Origin: Macrostomum hystrix
Taxonomy: Eukaryota > Animalia > Platyhelminthes
Direction of reading: 5' to 3'
Assembly (NCBI GenBank): GCA_950097015.1
Contig: CATNEN010000002.1
Coordinates: 2,232,001 to 2,296,000 of the forward strand
Length of the DNA stretch: 64,000 nt
Positions 19,997 to 31,214 of this stretch are shown here, piece after piece. A program made the translations under genes and the position numbers. How positions within the stretch are numbered: the stretch's first letter is position 1; every line of letters begins with the position of its first letter. Under the pieces are notes generated by a model that worked only from the letters and a program-made list of their open reading frames with translations, ran no database searches and was not told where the DNA came from.

Positions 19997-20526
19997 GCCC
20001 GTGTTGAATGAAGTGCATGAAGCCTCCGATACCTAGGATGGAAAAACTTTGACAATGGGCTTTCTGATAGAATGCTACGGCTCGTATCTGTATCTTCTAT
20101 TTGCAAAACTCAATTTTTTATGTCCATTGACTGCTGATAAAATCTTAAGATCTGTTTTCTTAAGACCAGAACTGAAGAGTGAAAATAAAAAAATTGAGCC
20201 AAAAAGTTTTCTTTTTCTGAGGGAAATTGTCTTAGCATTCCATATTTCGGTGTCGTTTTCATTTCATTTCTCTAACGTGCCTGATACTATGATGCTAGAC
20301 GTAAACAGTACAAAGAACATACAATTTTTCCCTGGGGAAGACCACGGGGATATTTCAAATCCCCGCTGCCCACTTCACGGTAGCTCCCAAACTGAATGAC
20401 CGATTGTCGTGAAAGTCCACCATCTGGATCAGATTTTCCGCACTGTACGATGCTGATGTTTTGTGGTTCTGGTGCAAAACTTTAGCGATGTTGCATGAAA
20501 AGTTTCGTCATTGGAATTGAAAAGCA

Positions 20527-21150
20527 GATTCCGTCTACACTCCATGCTGTGATTCCATCTACACTCCATGCTGTGATTCCATCTACACTCCATGCTGTGA
20601 TTCCATCTACACTCCATGCTTCGATTCCATCTACACTCCATGCTGCGATTCCATCTACACTCCATGCTGCGATTCCATCTACACTCCATGCTGTGATTCC
20701 ATCTACACTCCATGCTGTGATTCCATCTACACTCCATGCTGTGATTCCATCTACACTCCATGCTGTGATTCCATCTACACTCCATGCTGTGATTCCATCT
20801 ACACTCCATGCTGCGATTCCATCTACACTCCATGCTGCGATTCCATCTACACTCCATGCTGCGATTCCATCTACACTCCATGCTGTGATTCCATCTACAC
20901 TCCATGCTGTGATTCCATCTACACTCCATGCTGCGATTCCATCTACACTCCATGCTGCGATTCCATCTACACTCCATGCTGCGATTCCATCTACACTCCA
21001 TGCTGCGATTCCATCTACACTCCATGCTGCGATTCCATCTACACTCCATGCTGTGATTCCATCTACACTCCATGCTGTGATTCCATCTACACTCCATGCT
21101 GCGATTCCATCTACACTCCATGCTGCGATTCCATCTACACTACTGGCTGT
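20527..21150. repeat. 24-bp tandem minisatellite (ttccatctacactccatgctg[t/c]ga), ~26 units
   Basis: Direct reading of the sequence. Confidence 0.95.
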
Positions 21151-21687
21151 GATTCAATATATTTTAATTCTGTGATTCAATCTACATTTTTTGCTACTCA
21201 GAAACTCACAGTTCTCAAGCTGCCAGCTCTCAATACATAGTCATCAAGCTAGGAGTCGCAATGGCCCATAATTTTAATTGAATTTGAATTGAATCGCATT
21301 TTAACTTTTCCACTTAACGGAGAATTGTCTATGGCTTAAATTCAAGAAACATTACAGTCTGAATGTCATTGTGATGCACTTTTAAACCATAGAAATTTCG
21401 AACAATGTTATTTGTTGCCAATCTGGAGATAATTAAAAGATATATTTTTCTAAGTTGTCTTAAGTAACTTCTAGAAAAAGGTAGTTAAGTATATCTATTC
21501 AGAACTAAAAATCTAACTTTATTGATGCAAGTACTTGTAAATGTCGTTGAAATAACTGCTGTTTGAAGCAGATAGAAAATTAGCATTTAATTGAGATTAA
21601 CCAAGTTACGTCCGGAATTCAATAAAATCAATGTCAACCGCTGCCCTCAAAGTATTTCTTCCGTGTTCAAGCTGTCCCTGAAGCTAT

Positions 21688-21969
21688 CTAGTAGCTTCTG
21701 CGGCGGTAATAGCGCCTGTAGAAGCGGCGGTAGTGGCGCGAATATCGTCGGTAATAACGGCGGTAGTGACGCCTCAGGAAGCGCCGTCTGTAATAGCGGT
21801 ACTTCTCCTCCAAGTCCTGCCCGTCATCGGCGGCCGCCTCCGCCACGGCAGGCTCGGGCAGTTCTGCCAGGTCGGAATCAGTTTCGTCCTCCTGCAGGTC
21901 GGCCGGGTTGGCGTACACGACGGCGAGGCCGACGCACAGGGCGAGAGCCAGCACAATTTGCCACTTCAT
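21688..21969 (-). CDS. Secreted Arg/Tyr-rich cationic peptide precursor, gene 6 (93 aa; divergent, convergent orientation)
   Basis: Signal MKWQIVLALALCVGLAVVYA + acidic pro-piece ending LEEK + YRYYRRRFLRRHYRRYYRRYSRHYRRFYRRYYRRRSY. Minus-strand TATAAAT at 22046-22052. Confidence 0.85.
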   Translation of the reverse strand: MKWQIVLALALCVGLAVVYANPADLQEDETDSDLAELPEPAVAEAAADDGQDLEEKYRYYRRRFLRRHYRRYYRRYSRHYRRFYRRYYRRRSY

Positions 21970-22633
21970 GCTTGCGGTGAGTTAACAAACTGGTGTCCAC
22001 TGACCGGTAATGCTCGGTTGGATGTTTTTCACCTGTTGGGCTTCGATTTATATTCTGGTGCAGCCTTGGCTCCTTTAATAGACGAGCGAGACGCGGCTGA
22101 GACTTTGTATTTGGTCGGAGCCCGTTTCACCCGAAACGGGGCCACGTGAATCAGAAACTCTCATTGACTAAGCGAGGAGCGGGTTTCTGGGTAGTTCATT
22201 GTTAATCGGAAGGCCAGCCTGTGAAGGACCCACAGCAGCTATTTGAATGCGTTTTATTTTCATTGCGTTTCGAATTTTGAATTGAGCCAGGGTCTGTATG
22301 AAGGTCTGTGTTTTTTAGCTGGGTAGCAAAAAATGTCGAGACGCATTTCATTATTAGCAATGTGGTAAACCTGACAGAAAGTGCCCTGCGACCCGACAGA
22401 CGCGACAGAAAAATATTATTGCTGTGAGTGAGAGCTCACGTGTTCTCTTCTATTCAATTGAACTGGGCAGAGCACGTGATGCTCAAACTGTGTGGAGGTG
22501 CAGAAAATAAACAAAAACCTTCAATTAAATTCTGTCAACTTTGATAAACATTTCTGGCAAACTGCTAGCCTTTGTGGTATACAACTTTGGTGAAGCCAGC
22601 CTATAATGATATAATTTGTATTCCTTGTGCCCT

Positions 22634-24226
22634 TGAGGGCCAACCTTGAGTCTGTGAGTCTTGAGGGCCAACCTTGAGTCTGTGAGTCTTGAGGGCCAAC
22701 CTTGAGTCTGTGAGTCTTGAGGGCCAACCTTGAGTCTGTGAGTCTTGAGGGCCAACTTTGAGTCTGTGAGTCTTGAGGGCCAACTCTTGAGTCTGTGAGT
22801 CTTGAGGGCCAACCTCTTGAGTCTGTGAGTCTCGAGGGCCAACCTTGAGTCTGTGAGTCTTGAGGGCCAACCTCTTGAGGGCCAACTCTTGAGTCTGTGA
22901 GTCTTGAGGGCCAACCTTGAGTCTGTGAGTCTTGAGGGCCAACCTTGAGTCTGTGAGTCTTGAGGGCCAACCTTGAGTCTGTGAGTCTTGAGGGCCAACC
23001 TTGAGTCTGTGAGTCTTGAGGGCCAACCTTGAGTCTGTGAGTCTTGAGGGCCAACTTTGAGTCTGTGAGTCTTGAGGGCCAAATCTTGAGTCTGTGAGTC
23101 TTGAGGGCCAACCTTGAGTCTGTGAGTCTCGAGGGCCAACCTTGAGTCTGTGAGTCTCGAGGGCCAACCTTGAGTCTGTGAGTCTTGAGGGCCAACCCTG
23201 AGTCTGTGAGTCTTGAGGGCCAACCTTGAGTCTGTGAGTCTTGAGGGCCAACTCTTGAGTCTGTGAGTCTTGAGGGCCAACCCTGAGTCTGTGAGTCTCG
23301 AGGGCCAACCTTGAGTCTGTGAGTCTTGAGGGCCAACCTTGAGTCTGTGAGTCTTGAGGGCCAACCTTGAGTCTGTGAGTCTTGAGGGCCAACCTCTTGA
23401 GTCTGTGAGTCTTGACGGCCAACCTTGAGTCTGTGAGTCTTGAGGGCCAACTCTTGAGTCTGTGAGTCTTGAGGGCCAACCTTGAGTCTGTGAGTCTTGA
23501 GGGCCAACTCTTGAGTCTGTGAGTCTTGAGGGCCAACCTTGAGTCTGTGAGTCTTGAGGGCCAACTCTTGAGTCTGTGAGTCTTGAGGGCCAACCTTGAG
23601 TCTGTGAGTCTTGAGGGCCAACTCTTGAGTCTGTGAGTCTTGAGGGCCAACCTCTTGAGTCTGTGAGTCTTGACGGCCAACCTCTTGAGGGCCAACTCTT
23701 GAGTCTGTGAGTCTTGAGGGCCAACCTCTTGAGTCTGTGAGTCTTGACGGCCAACCTCTTGAGGGCCAACTCTTGAGTCTGTGAGTCTTGAGGGCCAACT
23801 CTTGAGTCTGTGAGTCTTGACGGCCAACCTCTTGAGGGCCAACCTTGAGTCTGTGAGTCTTGAGGGCCAACCTCTTGAGGGCCAACCTTGAGTCTGTGAG
23901 TCTTGAGGGCCAACCCTGAGTCTGTGAGTCTTGAGGGCCAACCTTGAGTCTGTGAGTCTTGAGGGCCAACCTTGAGTCTGTGAGTCTTGAGGGCCAACTC
24001 TTGAGTCTGTGAGTCTTGAGGGCCAACCCTGAGTCTGTGAGTCTTGAGGGCCAACCTTGAGTCTGTGAGTCTTGAGGGCCAACCTTGAGTCTGTGAGTCT
24101 TGACGGCCAACCTTGAGTCTGTGAGTCTTGACGGCCAACTCTTGAGTCTGTGAGTCTTGACGGCCAACCTTGAGTCTGTGAGTCTTGAGGGCCAACCTTG
24201 AGTCTGTGAGTCTCGAGGGCCAACCT
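22634..24226. repeat. ~28-bp tandem array (gagggccaaccttgagtctgtgagtctt) with 29/30-bp and half-unit variants
   Basis: Direct reading; the array runs into a SINE-B 3' half. Confidence 0.95.
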
Positions 24227-24436
24227 CCAGGGCACAGTGAGAGTGTACACTGCCTGACGATGAGAAAGTCAGGGCAGATGTACACACCTGTGTGAGCATG
24301 TGCCTGCGTACAGTATTTGTGTGCGTGTGTGCTCAGGAGTCACCGGAATGGGCAGAATTGCCTCCTCGTTGGCTGCGGGTCTAGTGTCACCAAATGAAGG
24401 GCCACTGCCCGCAGCCCTCCTGCAATTATTATTATT
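24216..24436 (+). mobile_element. SINE family B, 3' half
   Basis: Matches ~24925-25138 and ends in an (ATT)n tail. Confidence 0.75.
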
Positions 24437-24782
24437 ATAAGGCTACTAGAAAAAGCTGGCAAACGCATATGTTACGAGTGACAAATCGGTGGGATGTTCA
24501 AGAACTCACATTGTCCTTCCTAGAACTTCACGACAAGCCCCCAAGCCTTCTCTTTGGGCCCAAAAGAATGTGGCCTCACCGCAAAATCGATCTCAGGTAT
24601 TCTATAATCTCCTAGAATTTTTTCGAACTTCCTTTCAATTCAGTTTCTTGAAGCTTACAAGCGTTTTTCACCTTTCCTAGACTTATGCCCAATACAGATA
24701 ATACTAAAAACCATTATTAAAAATGTATATTTTATTACTCGTAGTTAAACTACAAAATATATAATTTACTTTTTAGTCTCAT

Positions 24783-25138
24783 GGGGGTCGGTGGCAGAGC
24801 GGTTATCGCGTTTCACTCTCGCACCAAGGTCCCTAAGTTCGATTCCACGGCGACGCCACATTAATTTGAGGCGCAGCCGCGGAGAGAAGGCTTGGGGGCT
24901 TGTCGTGCAATTTACGCATTTGAGGGCCAACCTCCTAAGCACAGTGAGAGTGTACACTGCCTGACAATGAGAAAGTCGTACACTCGTACACACCTGTGTG
25001 AGCGTGTGCCTGCGTACAGTATCTGTGTGCGTGTGTGCTCAGGAGCGAAATGGGCAGAATTGCCTCCTCGCTGGCTGCGGGTCTAGTGTCACTAAGTGAT
25101 GTGCCACTGCCCGCAGCCCTCTTGCAATAATTATATTT
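24783..25138 (+). mobile_element. tRNA-derived SINE family B, full-length copy
   Basis: A box TGGCAGAGCGG (24792), B box GTTCGATTC (~24837), AT-rich tail; six further copies in the window. Confidence 0.8.
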
Positions 25139-25807
25139 ATTAATATTATTGTAGTCTCATTAGACAGAGATAACATTTGTTGGACAAGAAAAACACCTGT
25201 TAGGCAGGAATTCATCTGTCTGTCCACATGCTGAGGACTGTGCAATCAGCCATTTGCAAAACACTGTCACTGCAATCTGCAATTTTCTGAAAATCTGTCA
25301 CTGCCATCCACAATTTTCTGAAAAACAGTCAGTGCCATCTGCTATTTTTTTTAATTCAGGCCAGTGACGTTTGTGATTCTCGAATTTTCAAATTTTCGAA
25401 ATCTGTTTATCTTTTGGGATCAAGTCTCATTTCGAGACGGATTTGACCTTGAAAGCTCCCTTTCAAGTGACCTTAAATGTTCTTCGAAAATCCCCAGGAT
25501 AAAGCGGACCTCTGTGGTTCCCCGAAATTGCGCTTGGATTAGCTGTGATGTTGATTTCTTTCTAGTTCAATAAATTTGAACTTTAAAGAAGTCTTTAAAG
25601 AAGTCTTTGTCTTAGAAGACAAGAAACGCCTGGTGTAAAAATATTTTTCAAGCAATTTGTTCATTACGAAAGCAGCATAATCTGTCCCGATTTTGTCCCG
25701 ATCCCGATCTTATCACTCAATTCGTCTCCCAGAGGCGAAGCCAGGATTCGCGCTTTGGTGGCCGCGGCCAAGCGATAATTTGGGAATTTTGGATTTGGCA
25801 ATTCCAC

Positions 25808-26250
25808 CGAGGATTCGGGAACGCCACTGGGGATCTGGGAGTGCCACCGGGATTTGGAGTGCCTCCGGGGATTTGGGAGTGCCACTGAGGATTTGGGAGT
25901 GCCTCCAAGGATTTGGGAGTGCCACCTGGGATTTAGGAGTGCCAATGAGGATTTGGGAGTGCCTCCGGGGATTTGGGAGTGCCAATGAGGATTTGGGAGT
26001 GCCTCCGGGGATTTGGGAGTGCCTCCGGGGATTTGGAAGTGCTCCGGGGATTTGGGAGTGCCAATGAGGATTTGAGAGTACCACTGGGGATTTGGGAGTG
26101 CCACTGGGGATCTGGGAGTGCCACTGGGGATTTCGGAGTGCCATCGGGGATTTGGGAGTGCCAATGAGGATTTGGGAGCGCCACTGGGGATTTAGGAGTG
26201 CCACTGGGGATTTGGGAGTGCCTCCAGGGATTTGGGAGTGCCACCTGGGA
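25808..26250. repeat. 20-bp G-rich minisatellite (gggatttgggagtgccactg)
   Basis: Direct reading of the sequence. Confidence 0.95.
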
Positions 26251-26751
26251 TTCACTTTCGATTCGGTGATATCAACAGCGTTGCCTCAGTCAAGAACACG
26301 CACAAAGCGTTTAAGCTTTATAGTGCTCAATTATACTCATGATAGCAAATTAATGTTATCCCATTTGGCACGGCGCGGCTCGCTATGCAACTTGGCTGCC
26401 CTCAGGTCTAGGAAGTAAAAAATAGACGCAGACGAGATTTATGGCCAATTCTAACTAATTGCACTTTTATCAGCATGATAAACAGATATTACCTGTCTAA
26501 CAGACGAACACCTGTCTAACAGACGAACACCTGTCAAACTAACTAAGAAGCTAAGAAGCAATGTTTGTTTCTTGCTAAAGGATTTACATTGTTCTGGATT
26601 ATCGTTTGCTACTTTATAACCGGGTTTTTAATGAAGTTTTATTATTAAAAAAAATTATTAGGAATGGCTCGAATTCTCAAATATTATTAGCCTGACCACC
26701 GTGTTAGTTCTCTGGCTCAAAGCCAATCGTAAAATTGCAACTTATTCAATA

Positions 26752-26990
26752 ATGGGGAGCGTTCTAACGCGTTTGCCTCTCGTACCAAGGTTTTGAGCTC
26801 GATTCCGCGGCGAGGCCACATTCATTTGGGACGCAGCCGCGGAGAGAAGGCTTGGGGGCTTGTCGTACAGTGAGAGTGTACACTGCCTGACAACGTGTGA
26901 CTAACGTATCCATTTGAGCAAGTGTGCTCAGGGGTCAGCAGAATGGGCAGAATTGCCTAACTTTGCCTGCGGGTCAACAGTCGCCAAATC
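26752..26990 (+). mobile_element. SINE family B, internally deleted copy
   Basis: Similar to 24783-25138. Confidence 0.7.
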
Positions 26991-27093
26991 ATGTGACACT
27001 AAACTGAGTTCCAGAGCTTCATTTGTCGATCACAGCCGTGCACAATCCTTGGAGAAAATTAACTAACGCATGCTTTCTCAGGAGCTATAGCTG

Positions 27094-28098
27094 TCATCGT
27101 CCGGGTTGTGCTCGGCCGTTCTGCCCGGTGTCGTCGGACAGAGGACGCACCGCGGACGCGCCAGAACTGCAGCAGGCGCAAAGCGCGAGCCGGGCGATGC
27201 GCGAGTAGCTGTGTCGGAACTGCGGGTTCAGCAGGCCATAGATGATGGGATTCAAGGAGGAGTTAAACACGGCAAGCCAGGTGATGATCTTGTGCGGAAT
27301 CCGGGCAACAGGGAACACAAAACGGTCGATGTAGACGTGAATGCTGTAGGGACCCCAGCACAGGTTAAACACTATGAAGGCTGTCAGTACCGGAGCTAAG
27401 GCCTTCCACTCCTTGCTGGCAGTTGTTGAAGTGTCCCTTAGGGAAGGCTCAGCCTCCTTGCGGATTTTAAACAGCTTGGCGAAGAGGCGGACGTAGCAAC
27501 AGGCGGCGATCAGTGACGGCACAGCGACGCCGAGCAGCGTCAGCAGGAAGCTCAGCGCGAAGAAGGACTCGTTGTCGTAGTAAAAGCAGATGTAAGCCTC
27601 CGGGATGTAGCCGAAGCCTTTCTGCCACCAGAAGATGGCGCTGACAGCGAACCAAATCAGCCAGCATGCTGCGCAGTAGACGATGACCCTGACATCCGTG
27701 AAGTGCCTCTGGTAGACCGATCGATGCAGGACGCACAAGTACCGAGCGATGGCGATCAGAGTGAAGCTGAAGTTGGAGACGCCAGCGGCAGAGAAGAGTG
27801 CGTACGCGTTCACGTGACAGATGACAGTGTGAAACACGTTGGTGTCGCCGATACGATTAGCCAAGATCGTTGGCACAGCGTATGCGCAGACGAGCAGGTC
27901 CGCCATGCCGATGTTCACCACGACGATGTTCGTGGCCGACTTCAGCTGCTTGAAGTGAGTCACGGATAGGATGGTGAGCAAGTTACCGCAGACTCCAACG
28001 CAGATGACGAGAGCTAGAACGATGACGTCCAGGGAAACGGGAGTGAGGTCACTCTCCAGGTAATCCTCCTGAGGAGTGCTTGCACTGTCGTTTCTCAT
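27094..28098 (-). CDS. Intronless class A (rhodopsin-like) GPCR, 334 aa, orphan / melatonin-receptor-like
   Basis: Seven hydrophobic segments; GN in TM1, MADLLV in TM2, ARY at the DRY position, CWGPY in TM6, NSSLNPIIY in TM7. Confidence 0.9.
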   Translation of the reverse strand: MRNDSASTPQEDYLESDLTPVSLDVIVLALVICVGVCGNLLTILSVTHFKQLKSATNIVVVNIGMADLLVCAYAVPTILANRIGDTNVFHTVICHVNAYALFSAAGVSNFSFTLIAIARYLCVLHRSVYQRHFTDVRVIVYCAACWLIWFAVSAIFWWQKGFGYIPEAYICFYYDNESFFALSFLLTLLGVAVPSLIAACCYVRLFAKLFKIRKEAEPSLRDTSTTASKEWKALAPVLTAFIVFNLCWGPYSIHVYIDRFVFPVARIPHKIITWLAVFNSSLNPIIYGLLNPQFRHSYSRIARLALCACCSSGASAVRPLSDDTGQNGRAQPGR

Positions 28099-29424
28099 CG
28101 CTTATTTTGGAAGCTTAGATGAGTCAACTTGCCAACACATGGCTGCTATATAGAGGCAGCATGGCCAATGAGGATGCCCGAATGCCCAACCTGAAACAGT
28201 TGCCATGGTTCTTCCTCCTAATTCTAGGTTAGGCGACTTGGTGCTTGTTGTAACTTTCTTTTCATCTTTGGAGTGCCAGCAATCATCAGAGAGATCATAT
28301 TTCACTAGGAGTGAGTATTGGCAGTCTTAATTAAAAGCATAAAATATTGCAGCGCACCAATGACGAATTCATCCAGGTGAACACTGATATCCCGCTAGGT
28401 GCGGTTGCTTGTGGAAGTTAATTACAGATTTACAGAATGGGACGAAGAGAACGGTAATTGGATATGGCTATGACTGGGTAAGGGGCGGAACAAGAGAATA
28501 AATGGTTCAGCAATCAAGACTTTTTAGCAATCAAGACCTGCAATGAGAGACAAAAAAGCCAGAGCTTGCTTCTAAAACTTTTTGTCGTTAATGCGCAGGC
28601 ACACCCGGGACTCTCATCCACTGTTCGATAATATTCATTTTTTTCCTGATCAAAAACTGACATCCTTGATGGATAATACTTTGGCTTTAGAGCTGGTCCA
28701 GAAATATGACAGTCTAGATGGAGAGGCGCACACTGAACTGGTTACAGTGTCTCATGCACTCACTCTGAGAACGCTGGAAGCATCAGTTCATGCGAACTGG
28801 AAGTGCAACTTCTTAGTCTATCATTGGGCTACTGCATGGGAAGGCATGTAAGCACGAGAGAGTAGGTAAAATAGTTGCTAGGCAGAAGTGCTCAGGTAAC
28901 TTTCCGCATGCAAATATAATTTGTAAAGTTTTCTGTTAGGAAGTTACGACTCGCCTTTATAAGGTCGGGGGTTCGATTCCCGACTCCACTAAAACAATTG
29001 GTGTCCCAAAGCAAGACAGAAAACTCTGAATTGCTTCAGTTCACCCAGGAGCTGTTAAATGGGCACCAGCATCAACTGGGAACAGTTTGAATTTTTATTC
29101 ATGCTGAGTTCTCGGAAGTCACTCAGTAAGCATCCAGAAGTTATTCAGTTGATATCAACGTTCTGTGTTTAATTATCACTGACTTTCGAGCAGGCGGTTC
29201 ACTCGGTTCTGCTGTTCCGAAATCGAGTTTTTCAGCCATTCTTGCTACAATTTTCAGCTAATATTTTTTTCTTTCTTGCTACAAAGCTCTGGCTAATGAG
29301 GACTGAGTTAGATAGCGGAAAAAGCGGAACAGGATTTCAAGAACTTCAAAAAAACTGATTGCTTGTGCTCAACAGAGGTCCCTGGTTTCTATGTATATTT
29401 CGGCTAAATTTCAGAAGAACGGGC

Positions 29425-29632
29425 CAGATTTTTACATAAAAATGTTGATAACTTTTTATTGGACGCAGATCCAACGCTGTTCTTTTAATATATCTTGCAA
29501 AACATGTTGCTTCAACGAATTTTGAAGCTTTCTAAAATTCGATGATGCAACATGGTTTGCAAGATATATTAAAAGAACAGCGTTGGATCTGTTTCCAAGA
29601 CAAATTGATCAAATTTTCTGTGTGAAAAACTG
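29425..29632. repeat. Long inverted repeat / foldback (MITE-like)
   Basis: 43-bp arms at 29468-29510 and 29547-29589 with one mismatch, an inner 8-bp stem, and degenerate outer arms. Confidence 0.85.
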
Positions 29633-31214
29633 AAAAAGTTCCTATCTCAATGGTGCATTTTACGTAAAAATTCTGCTTAAATAAATTTTCCAAGAAACGC
29701 CGTGCCACGTCCTTCTTCTTCTAGTGGTCCTTGATTTTACATTAAAACATTTTAACAAAAAAGCATGACAAAAAAAATTTAAAAATCCTAATTCATATTG
29801 ATTTGACCAATTTATGCTTTCATCCAAACTCATGATCTTGTACTTAGAGTGGTGAAATAACAAAAACAACAATTAAGCTGACAGTTAATCTCGCTTTATA
29901 GTTGCTTTTTTAAGAAACTTTTAGAACACAAAACAGAATGAAATCCACTCTATTTCTAGCGTGCTTTTTTTAAACTGAATTTCTTATTGAAACGCGCATT
30001 GTGTGATTATATATTTAAAGACTGTAATACATATGTACATTACATAAATAGTTATTCATAAAAGAACGAATAAAGCAGAAGTAACAGCAAGCTAAGAGAC
30101 AGATGAAGGAGCAACTGGTTAGTGACAGAAATCAGCTTACTCTACATTATCGTCCTATTAATCTTTGTCTTTTAAGACTCAACTTGGATGACAACCAAAA
30201 CACGCCACATGCTACTGCTGTTATAAAACTAACTCAGTAGCTGCATAAGCGCACGATTTCATGTAAATTTATTTTCAGATAGAAACGGCAAATAGTAAAT
30301 TGAACACAATTAACAAACACGTTGTGCAGTAGATATGACGGCTGCTAAATTGAAAACCAGTTAACAGTACATGACTGCAATTCTAAAGGTACAACAAAGA
30401 TGACCGATTCAGTAAAACAAAAATAAAACTGCTTTCAAAATAAACAGATCGACAAGTTTCATTATTGATCTTCAGGTGCATCGACAGCAAAAACTAATAT
30501 CTTAGGTCCCCCCTGCGCGAAACGATTTAATCAACAAATACAAAAAATCCCATTGAGTTCGACATTCCAAAATAAAAATCCCAATGTCAGATAGAGATCT
30601 AAAAATATTATTAAAACTTAAATCCCAATAAAGTCAATTCTAATTTAGAATGTCAGTCACGAACAACAAGACGACAACTGTTTTTTTAAGCGAAATAACA
30701 ATATACTGAATAAACTTACTAGAACTAACTAATAAATGATGAGTTGTATGAGACAGGTGGTTGGCTAGTGCTGCGAGTGACAGAACTGGTTAACAAACAA
30801 AGAAAACCAATTGTAACATATTGGTGGCCCTCAAAATTAAGCGAAAACAATAAAACAAGAGACCAAAAAAATTTAATTTCATTTGTCCTTGTAACTAACC
30901 AACTCGTGCTACAAAGTCGATAAGAATTACCGGATTGCAATAACGACAGTATAAAGTAACAAAAATATGCATTTTTACACTTTTTGCTGTACAAAATAAA
31001 GAATAGAAAAAACTGCACTTGCTACTGATCCAGATTCTGGAAAAATACGCGACGCTTCTAAACTAGGTCGTCTACTAACCCCAAAAAAGAAAACAGAAAC
31101 TGAGCTATATTATTTGTTGAAAAGTAACATTGTTTTCTTTGATTAATTGGTTTTTTACCGAAACACTGGCTTCTGTTTTCGAAATCTATTTTTCATTCGA
31201 TAAATTAATTTTAT

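Noticed and set aside
20429-21175. ORFs of MECRWNRS / IPSTLHAV repeats
   Set aside because: Stop-free translations of a 24-bp satellite, open on both strands.
21591-22149. Plus-strand Gly/Ser-rich ORFs overlapping gene 6
   Set aside because: Antisense shadows of the Arg/Tyr codons; promoter and paralogy support the minus strand.
22521-24299. Three ~550-590 aa minus-strand ORFs
   Set aside because: Artefacts of the 28-bp tandem array.
25664-26418. Pro/Gly-rich ORFs
   Set aside because: Translations of the 20-bp repeat.
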